NCBI GenBank assembly: GCA_017482415.1 | Contig: JAFUMY010000112.1 | Span: forward strand, 1-48,674 | Direction of reading: 5' to 3' | DNA: 48,674 bases | From: Clostridia bacterium | GTDB taxonomy: Bacteria; Bacillota; Clostridia; Christensenellales; Borkfalkiaceae | Shown: in pieces, positions 1 through 6,529 of the stretch | Numbering within the stretch: position 1 is the first letter of the stretch | Layout: each line of letters starts with the position of its first letter | Made by a program: the position numbers and the translations under genes | The notes under the pieces: model-generated | Seen by the model: the letters and a program-made list of their open reading frames with translations, nothing else | Told to the model about the DNA's origin: nothing | Database searches by the model: none

Positions 1-1
1 A

Positions 2-163
2 ATCGTTAAGACGGAGTTTGATCTTCGTCCGTACAACATCATCAAAACCTTGGATTTGAGAAAGCCCGTATTCGCGGCAACCGCTGCTTACGGACATTTC
101 GGAAGAGAGGGTTTTGCTTGGGAAAGAACGGACAAAACGGACGCTTTAAAGAAGTATCTTTAA
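2..163 (+). CDS. metK: S-adenosylmethionine synthetase, 3' end only (5' part lies outside the window)
   Basis: Frame 2 translates to [53 protein letters not shown], stop TAA at 161-163. AAYGHFGR followed by an aromatic-W-E...D stretch is the conserved MetK C-terminus. Confidence 0.85.
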   Translation: MVKTEFDLRPYNIIKTLDLRKPVFAATAAYGHFGREGFAWERTDKTDALKKYL

Positions 164-188
164 TCAATTAAAAAAATGAATGGGATTT

Positions 189-225
189 ACGCCGTGCGGA
201 AAATGGACCGCACGGCGTAATTTTT
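189..225 (+). terminator. Intrinsic terminator downstream of metK
   Basis: acgccgtgcgg (189-199), loop aaaatgga, ccgcacggcgt (208-218), then aattttt. An 11-bp perfect GC-rich stem plus a T-tract. Confidence 0.8.
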
Positions 226-286
226 ACTCGAAATATGTCAAAAATTAAGAAGTTTAGCTTTTTAATATAAAAAAGCAAAAAATATA

Positions 287-315
287 TTGACATTGACAAA
301 ACATGGTGCTATAAT
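287..315 (+). promoter_or_regulatory. Consensus sigma-A-type promoter (TTGACA, 17 nt, TGcTATAAT) for the small ORF / 1390-aa protein operon
   Basis: TTGACA at 287-292, 17-nt spacer, extended -10 TGcTATAAT at 307-315. A second overlapping TTGACA at 293-298 has only an 11-nt spacer and is not used. Confidence 0.6.
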
Positions 316-552
316 ATTCTATCATACTATAAGTAAAGCATCGATATCGAAAACAGCTATGAAGCAGTAAATAGCAATCAGTTTTATCGATTGTAAAACT
401 TATTTATTTTTTTTCCACGCGCGCGATACACTTTATATTCTATTTTACGCGTGGCAGCCCATGGGCTATTTGCTGTTTTACAGCAAATAAAGAATTTATT
501 TGGTTTAAATTTTATAAGTATAATAAAAGTATAATAAAAAAGGAGAGGTATT

Positions 553-699
553 ATGAGCAAATTGAATGTGATAAAAAGTGTTGAAAATGCTCGTAACTAC
601 GAGGAACTGAAGCTGGATGTAATCCGCTTTGAAGCAGAGGACGTCGTCACGGTAAGCCCTCCGGGCGAACAGTGGCCGGGCGAAGACTGGGGACAATAA
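553..699 (+). CDS. Small hypothetical protein of 48 aa, below the 60-aa cutoff of the ORF track: MSKLNVIKSVENARNYEELKLDVIRFEAEDVVTVSPPGEQWPGEDWGQ
   Basis: ATG at 553 preceded by aaGGAGAGG (539-548). TAA at 697-699 overlaps the AAGGAGG ribosome-binding site (698-704) of the next gene, whose ATG is at 711. That arrangement implies an operon with translational coupling. The peptide is acidic, has no Cys and no hydrophobic signal segment. Confidence 0.6.
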   Translation: MSKLNVIKSVENARNYEELKLDVIRFEAEDVVTVSPPGEQWPGEDWGQ

Positions 700-710
700 G
701 GAGGTAAGGT

Positions 711-3700
711 ATGAAAACGTTGAGTATGAAAAAGCTTAAAGTAATCGTACTGTCGTGCCTGCTTTTCTTGGCGACCTTTTTTGGGCTTGCCATGTGGAAG
801 CTGGATTCTAAGACGGCGAGCGCAAACGTAACCTTGAACCCCGACACGTATAAAACGGCGGGCGGTTCCGTGCGTCTTTTTAACGACGAGGGGGACGTGT
901 ACAGTCAAAGAAAGGGTATTCGTTTCCATATTCTTTTGGAAAAATCCCTGTATGAAACGTACAGCGCGAATGAAAATTTCGTATCCTATACGGTCGTATT
1001 GCCTAAGAGTATTTTAGGCACGGCGGAGCTTGGCTACGATACTCCGAAAGCGGTAAAGATTAACACGACGGAGTATTGGCAGGAATACGACAAGGATACG
1101 TCCTTTATGGAATCTATCGCTTACATATACGATCTTCCTGCGACGAAGCACGCAACCGATCTTTGCTTTATGGGCGTGTTCTCGACGGACGGCGGTTCGA
1201 CCTGGAACAAAACGGACGTAGGCGTGAAGAGCATGGCGTACGTTGCAAAAGCGGCGCGCGACGATGCAAATGCAAACTGGAACGATACGCAAGAAACGGC
1301 GTTAAACTACTATATTCCTAAGTACCAATACACCTACCAGGTAGGCAGTGCAAAAACGACGGAAACCGTTGAATACGGCGACGCGTTGAATATTCCTACG
1401 CTTGCGGAAAACACGTCTTGGTGGTATGAAGAGGGCAACGGCGAGGTTGCGCCTCCTACGGCGGCTACGTTTGAAAACTTAGGCGGTGCGGAAACGACGA
1501 AAATTCAGCTCACTTCGACAACAACCAGTCAATTCGTTTTGACGGGCGTTAATTATACGGAAACAGGCTTTAAGGTATGGGCTACGCTTTCCGCGAAAAA
1601 CTTTGGTCACGGTACGACGCTCAGCCCTGAAAACGTTGATATGGTCAAGGGCGATGGCACGGTTGTAGAAGCGAAGACGGTTACGGTAGAAGTTGTAAAT
1701 ATCAATGAGAATGCGGCGACGGATGAGGCTAAATATGCCGATGCGAAATCGCAGCTTGTTATCAGCTTTGATTATGACCAAATTTCTAACGGCGATACGT
1801 TGACGATTTTGAAGAGCTCGCAGTTCTATTACAACGGTTGCTTGTACGAGTTGGGTACCGATTACACCTTCGAATACAACAACGCAAACTGGCAGCTTCC
1901 TCTTGGTGAAATCCATCTCGGAGACATTGCTACAATTGTGAATTATACGGAAGGTCCTGAAAATGATAAGGAATATAATATTCGTGTTACTTTCCGTAGC
2001 GATTTCTTAATCAACGGCGGTGCAACGCTGGAAAAGGCAGACGGCTGCACGAAGGAAAGCAGTATTTATATTACGCGTTTTATAGGTGGTAGCGTGGATT
2101 ATATCACCACCGGTTATTATTATTGGAACCAAGGCGCTAATAAAATCCTTGAACTTCCTCAAACCAACGATCTTTGGGGCGAAGAAGACGGCGACGTTTT
2201 GACGATTGAAGCAGGTACGAAGCTGGTACAAAACAACGGCTACTATGTATTTGCAGAAACGATTACGGCAACGTATAGCGGTGGTGTCGATTGGGTCTTC
2301 TCGTTTGATGAGCATAATATCACCGCGGGGGAATTTAAGACTGCAAGTACGCGAACGGAAATCGATAAAGATGGTAACGAACAGATTTATATTGACGTTA
2401 CGACGAACACCCGTTGGGCGGATAGGACGGTCAAGGTTGTACTCAATGACGGCAAGTTGACATATCACAATACCGACAACGTAACGGAGCTCAATCCCGA
2501 TAAGATATACTACCACGGCGAAACGGCAGCAAACGGCACGCAATATTCGCTGCTGCGTATCTATTTGGACAAAATGAGCGTAACGGGGGACTGGGTAACC
2601 ATCCCTGCTAATACAGAATTCTGGGTGGGCGATCAGATTTATAGATTGACGGAAGACGTTATTTCTTATTACGTGTATGAACCCGAAGTTGGCTCTGGTC
2701 AATGGATCACGAATCCCGAGGTTAAGGACATTTCGGGAGCGGATATCCTTTCGATGAGATTTAACACGGACGATAATGGTCAAACCTATTCCATTCGTTA
2801 TACGACGAAGGAAAGCTGGTCGGATTACGGTTGGAATCGTGTTATCGTAGACGATACCTTCATTGACGGCGAAGGCGTTGTCTGTCATGGTACGAATTAT
2901 TCAAAATTCTTCTATCACGGCGCAGGGAATAATCTGTTTGAAATCCAAGGCGTAAACTTTGGTGCGGCAGGTGGCTCTGTAACCATTAAGGCGGGCACGT
3001 ATTTGTGGCTCTTGAATAACAGCAATCTTTCGTTTGAGGGCGCTTACCGTGTTACAGAAGATTTGTCGATTAGCGTTTCCGGCTCGAACGGCTCACCTGT
3101 TTATAAGGACGCCAACCTTGGAACGATTTGCAAGAGCGATATTGCGAGCTTCAGACACGACGGTTCGCATAGCGGTGAAATTCGTATTTCCTTGAACGGT
3201 GCGCTGATTCAAGGCGTATACGGTTTTGCGGACGTAGACGGCACGGCTACCTTAAACGGCTCGGCTACGACCAGTGGCTTCGTATATGGGTACAAGGAAG
3301 GCGTATATACAGGCAATACCATTCTTGCGTTTACAGGCGAGGATTTTGGAAAAGCATTCCAGGCAACGGCGGTGGGCGATAAGCTTTCGGTTGCGGAAGG
3401 TACGAAGCTTTGGCTTAGAGATGGCGCGGGTTACGTATTGATTGGCGATACGTGGAATTACGTTTGGAACGGCTCTACGTACGTAGACCGCGAGGCGACC
3501 TATGCGGTAAGCTTCAATGTGGCGAATGCAAAAATTACCGTAGACGACGAGGAGGTTACAAACGTAGCAGTTCAAGCGGGCGATCGCGTAACCTTCAAGA
3601 TTACCCCGAACGCAGGCTGCGAACTTTTGTCGGTAACGGGCGCAACGCAGAATCCTGACGGCTCGTATACGACCGATTATATCTTCAGCGGTACGACGGT

Positions 3701-4883
3701 TACGGTCAATGCGGCGGCTTACATTGATTTGGGCCTGAACTGTGTAAGCGGTATTAGCCGCTATAAGGAAGGTGTATATACGGGCGTTCGTATCAATCTG
3801 AATGAATCGGCGGTTGCAGGGCTTAACAATATCAGCGGTGGACACTATGGCATGGCTGTGAGCGGTGAAATGTCGTTGCTTGTCGGCGGCGTTGACGCAA
3901 ACTTCGATGCTTCTGGTGCATTCAACTACTTTGGGGCTGAACACGGCTCGTTGTTAGAGCTTCGTTTTGATACGACGAATCTGGAAGCAGGGGATATGTT
4001 CACAATCAAAGCGGGCACGATATTCTCGCATTCGAATATCCCTTATAAGCTCAGATTCACCGTAGACGTTATGGGTATTTATAATGGTGCTGAATGGAAG
4101 CCCGTTCTTAACCCTACGAAAGTGGGCGAGTTGAATTGGAGCACAATCCATAGAATTGCAAGCTATTCTGACGTAAACAATGGCGTTCCGCAAAACTATA
4201 CGATTCGTATGAGCTTAACGGAGGAGCTGTTTGGCGGCTCGACAAGCTATCAGGTAGTAGTCGGCGGTAACGTTTATTTGAACGGCATGGCTTATACGGG
4301 TGCTTGGGCATACCACGGTAACGGCAACAAGATTTTGCAGTTGTCGAACTGGAACTATGAGGCAGGCGACGTACTCGAGATTGAGGCTGGTGCGAAGATT
4401 TATATGGGCTCCTCGTACTATGAAGTAACGGAGACGTTGACGGCGCTTTGCACCGCAAACGGAAACGGCGCTACGTGGAACTGGGTAAGAGAGTCCACGC
4501 CGAAGCTTGGCGAAATCGATTGGTCGACGGTAGGCAATATTACAAGCTTCTCCGATTTAAAGGACGGAGTGGCGCAGAATTATATGATTCGTATATTCTT
4601 GACTGAGGCATTGTTCAATGGCGCACAACAGAACCATACGATATTTGCGTTAGACGGCGTAACGCTGAACGGCAATGCATACGTAGGTACTTGGACATAC
4701 CACGGCGGCGTCAATAAGATTTTGCAGATTGACACGTGGAACTATAAGAGTGGCGACGTATTGGTGATTGCGGCAGGCACGAAGATCTGTACTTCGACAG
4801 GCTATTACGAGGTAACGAAGACCTTGACGGCAACCTGTTCGGCAGACGGCACCGGCGCAACGTGGAACTTTACGGTTTCCTAA
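711..4883 (+). CDS. Large exported repeat protein (1390 aa), function unknown
   Basis: GGAGG at 700-704, 6 nt before the ATG. The N-terminus MKTLSMKKLKVIVLSCLLFLATFFGLAMW...TASA|NV looks like a signal peptide or signal anchor with an A-x-A cleavage site. At least 7 divergent modules share an aromatic-aromatic-(H/N)-G...N-(K)-I-L ... G-D-x-(L/V)-x-I-x-A-G-(T/A)-K core. The last two units (about 4111-4496 and 4497-4880) are clear tandem copies. No LPXTG or other anchor motif seen. Confidence 0.85.
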   Translation: MKTLSMKKLKVIVLSCLLFLATFFGLAMWKLDSKTASANVTLNPDTYKTAGGSVRLFNDEGDVYSQRKGIRFHILLEKSLYETYSANENFVSYTVVLPKSILGTAELGYDTPKAVKINTTEYWQEYDKDTSFMESIAYIYDLPATKHATDLCFMGVFSTDGGSTWNKTDVGVKSMAYVAKAARDDANANWNDTQETALNYYIPKYQYTYQVGSAKTTETVEYGDALNIPTLAENTSWWYEEGNGEVAPPTAATFENLGGAETTKIQLTSTTTSQFVLTGVNYTETGFKVWATLSAKNFGHGTTLSPENVDMVKGDGTVVEAKTVTVEVVNINENAATDEAKYADAKSQLVISFDYDQISNGDTLTILKSSQFYYNGCLYELGTDYTFEYNNANWQLPLGEIHLGDIATIVNYTEGPENDKEYNIRVTFRSDFLINGGATLEKADGCTKESSIYITRFIGGSVDYITTGYYYWNQGANKILELPQTNDLWGEEDGDVLTIEAGTKLVQNNGYYVFAETITATYSGGVDWVFSFDEHNITAGEFKTASTRTEIDKDGNEQIYIDVTTNTRWADRTVKVVLNDGKLTYHNTDNVTELNPDKIYYHGETAANGTQYSLLRIYLDKMSVTGDWVTIPANTEFWVGDQIYRLTEDVISYYVYEPEVGSGQWITNPEVKDISGADILSMRFNTDDNGQTYSIRYTTKESWSDYGWNRVIVDDTFIDGEGVVCHGTNYSKFFYHGAGNNLFEIQGVNFGAAGGSVTIKAGTYLWLLNNSNLSFEGAYRVTEDLSISVSGSNGSPVYKDANLGTICKSDIASFRHDGSHSGEIRISLNGALIQGVYGFADVDGTATLNGSATTSGFVYGYKEGVYTGNTILAFTGEDFGKAFQATAVGDKLSVAEGTKLWLRDGAGYVLIGDTWNYVWNGSTYVDREATYAVSFNVANAKITVDDEEVTNVAVQAGDRVTFKITPNAGCELLSVTGATQNPDGSYTTDYIFSGTTVTVNAAAYIDLGLNCVSGISRYKEGVYTGVRINLNESAVAGLNNISGGHYGMAVSGEMSLLVGGVDANFDASGAFNYFGAEHGSLLELRFDTTNLEAGDMFTIKAGTIFSHSNIPYKLRFTVDVMGIYNGAEWKPVLNPTKVGELNWSTIHRIASYSDVNNGVPQNYTIRMSLTEELFGGSTSYQVVVGGNVYLNGMAYTGAWAYHGNGNKILQLSNWNYEAGDVLEIEAGAKIYMGSSYYEVTETLTALCTANGNGATWNWVRESTPKLGEIDWSTVGNITSFSDLKDGVAQNYMIRIFLTEALFNGAQQNHTIFALDGVTLNGNAYVGTWTYHGGVNKILQIDTWNYKSGDVLVIAAGTKICTSTGYYEVTKTLTATCSADGTGATWNFTVS

Positions 4884-4890
4884 AAACGAT

Positions 4891-4928
4891 AAAATCCTCT
4901 TACGGAAATTTCCGTAAGAGGATTTTTT
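4891..4928 (+). terminator. Intrinsic terminator of the 1390-aa protein gene
   Basis: aaaatcctcttacggaaa / tttccgtaagaggatttt is a perfect palindrome (core stem cctcttacgga, loop aatt, tccgtaagagg) running into a T-tract, 8 nt after the stop. Confidence 0.85.
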
Positions 4929-4930
4929 GT

Positions 4931-5162
4931 GGTGAAGTTTGTCTTTTAGACAAGTGAAGTTCACTTCGTGAGTGAAGTTTGGGCTATGCCCAAGTGAAGT
5001 TTTTACTTCGTAAAAGATATGGCTGTTATTTATACGTAAAAACCGTTTTAAATAAAGCCTAAACTAAGCTTGCCGATTAGGCAAGCTTAACTTCACTGTT
5101 CGCGCAACGAACAACTTCACTTGCTTTCAGCAAACTTCACTTGTCTAAAGGACAAACTTCAC
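4931..5162. repeat. Intergenic composite repeat element, copy A: four forward GTGAAGTT, a conserved core, four AACTTCAC
   Basis: GTGAAGTT at 4932, 4954, 4972 and 4994. AACTTCAC at 5089, 5113, 5133 and 5155. Spacing is 18-24 bp. Spacers are short palindromes (tgtcttttagaca, tgggctatgccca, gttcgcgcaacgaac, tgctttcagca, tgtctaaaggaca). The core 5002-5088 is about 90 percent identical to that of copy B at 11568-11802. Confidence 0.9.
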
Positions 5163-5201
5163 CTATAATAGACTTGATGATAAAAAACCTTTCCAATTCA
5201 C

Positions 5202-5237
5202 AAAAAAAACGGACCCTTCCAAAAGAGTCCGTTTTTT
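5202..5237 (-). terminator. Intrinsic (bidirectional-looking) terminator of asnA
   Basis: aaaaaaaa-cggaccctt-ccaa-aagagtccg-tttttt. Read on the minus strand it is a stem-loop followed by eight T, 8 nt after the asnA stop. Confidence 0.75.
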
Positions 5238-5244
5238 CAGTTCA

Positions 5245-6252
5245 TTACAACAGCACTACGCCTTTTTCTGCACAGGTACGTCGGGTTTGTTCATCCCAAA
5301 GGGAAACCTGTACTTCGCCGATATGCGCTTTTCCAAGCAACAGCATGGAAAGCCTTGATTGCCCGATACCGCCGCCCATTGTAAGAGGTAATTTTCCTGC
5401 CAAAAGTGCCTTATGGAAGGGGAGTGCTCTGCGCTCGTCTAAGCCCGATTTTTTCAGCTGTTCATCTAAGGCTTTTTCGTCAACTCGAATACCCATGGAC
5501 GAGATCTCCATCGCACAGCCGAGTACGTCGTCCCAGAACAAGATATCACCGTTTAAGCTCCAATCGTCGTAGTCGGGGGCTCGCGAATCGTGCGGCTTTC
5601 CCGATTTCAGTTTATCGCCAATCTGCATAATAAATACCGTTTTATGCTCTTTCACAATGGCGTTTTCGCGTTCCTTAGAGGAAAGCTCGGGGTATAAATC
5701 TTCAAGCTCCTGTGAGGTGATAAATTTCACGGTACGTGTCAGCTCAACACCGATTTGCGGATACCGACAGCGCAGAAAATCGAGGGTGTCGCATATCGCG
5801 CCGACAATGCCCCGTACTACGTTTTTAAGATATTCGACGTTTCGAGTTTCAGGGGTGATAATCTTTTCCCAGTCCCACTGATCGGTGTACACCGAATGCA
5901 GGTTATCCATTTCCTCGTCACGGCGGATTGCGTTCATGTCCGTATACAAGCCCTCGCCTGCGGAAAAGCCGTAAACAGAGAGCGCCATACGCTTCCATTT
6001 TGCGAGCGAATGCACCACGACTGCATCCTTCCCCGTCTCCTTTAAATCGAAACGAACGGGGCGTTCCGTGCCGCTTAAATCGTCGTTTAAACCTGTCGTA
6101 GGGTCAACGAAGAGGGGGGCAGATACGCGTTTAAGGTTCAAAACGAGGCAAAGCCGCTCTTCAAAAGTGCGCTTCAATAGCCCGATCGCCGTCTGCGTAT
6201 CGTATAAGCCCAAAGCCGATTCGTAACCCTTTGGAATATATACCTTACTCAT
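5245..6252 (-). CDS. asnA: Aspartate--ammonia ligase (asparagine synthetase A), 335 aa
   Basis: Length and sequence are typical of AsnA (class II aaRS-like), e.g. MSKVYIPKGY...LYDTQ.AI, EISSMGIRVD, GGGIGQSRL. I chose the ATG (mirror 42423) 10 nt after gaaaagg rather than the GTG 4 codons upstream used by the track. Confidence 0.88.
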   Translation of the reverse strand: MSKVYIPKGYESALGLYDTQTAIGLLKRTFEERLCLVLNLKRVSAPLFVDPTTGLNDDLSGTERPVRFDLKETGKDAVVVHSLAKWKRMALSVYGFSAGEGLYTDMNAIRRDEEMDNLHSVYTDQWDWEKIITPETRNVEYLKNVVRGIVGAICDTLDFLRCRYPQIGVELTRTVKFITSQELEDLYPELSSKERENAIVKEHKTVFIMQIGDKLKSGKPHDSRAPDYDDWSLNGDILFWDDVLGCAMEISSMGIRVDEKALDEQLKKSGLDERRALPFHKALLAGKLPLTMGGGIGQSRLSMLLLGKAHIGEVQVSLWDEQTRRTCAEKGVVLL

Positions 6253-6283
6253 GATTTTTAACACCTTTTCGTGAATTTATCAT

Positions 6284-6313
6284 AGTATAGCATATTATCC
6301 GTAGCTTTGTCAA
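6284..6313 (-). promoter_or_regulatory. Promoter of asnA (TTGACA, 18 nt, TGcTATACT)
   Basis: On the mirror + strand: TTGACA at 42362-42367, 18-nt spacer, TATACT at 42386-42391 preceded by TGc. It lies about 30 nt upstream of the asnA start. Confidence 0.55.
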
Positions 6314-6414
6314 CGATATTTTAAATTGAATCGATATTTTCAATCGGGAGAATGAATAAGAGGTTTGTTTAGCAAATATCGCTAAAATTTCACAAAAGAA
6401 TTTCCCTTTCGCGC

Positions 6415-6443
6415 TTGACACCTGCGTGTGCGTGTGATATAAT
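6415..6443 (+). promoter_or_regulatory. Consensus promoter of the 1658-aa lipoprotein gene (TTGACA, 17 nt, TGaTATAAT)
   Basis: TTGACA at 6415-6420, 17-nt spacer, TGaTATAAT at 6435-6443. Divergent from the asnA promoter. Confidence 0.6.
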
Positions 6444-6529
6444 AATGAATAGAAGCGAGAAACGCTTTTTTTGCTTTTTACGGAGGACTGTTACCGAAAA
6501 AGTAAAAAGAAAAATGGAGGTATAACTCA

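Noticed and set aside
164-552. tRNA, rRNA or a known riboswitch in the intergenic regions (also 4884-5244, 6253-6529, 11507-12047, 21483-21836)
   Set aside because: I could identify no cloverleaf-compatible segments, rRNA-like sequence, or signature motifs of riboswitch classes I know (T-box, SAM, TPP and others). A covariance-model scan was not possible, so this is absence of evidence only.
5019-5039. Mini-ORF atggctgttatttatacgtaa (MAVIYT*) conserved in the core of both repeat-element copies
   Set aside because: It is only six codons with no ribosome-binding site. Its conservation is explained by conservation of the core as a nucleotide element.
4931-5162. CRISPR array interpretation of the GTGAAGTT repeat clusters (also 11568..11802)
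   Set aside because: The repeats are only 8-9 bp, and the spacers are 9-15 bp and mostly self-complementary. Repeat orientation flips between the two halves, and no cas genes are present. This is not CRISPR architecture.
4931-5162. Integron attC site or Xer/dif-type recombination site
   Set aside because: I could not find the R''/L''-L'/R' arrangement with GTTRRRY core sites, nor a dif-like 28-mer. There is no integrase or recombinase gene nearby. The multi-site array fits these models poorly.
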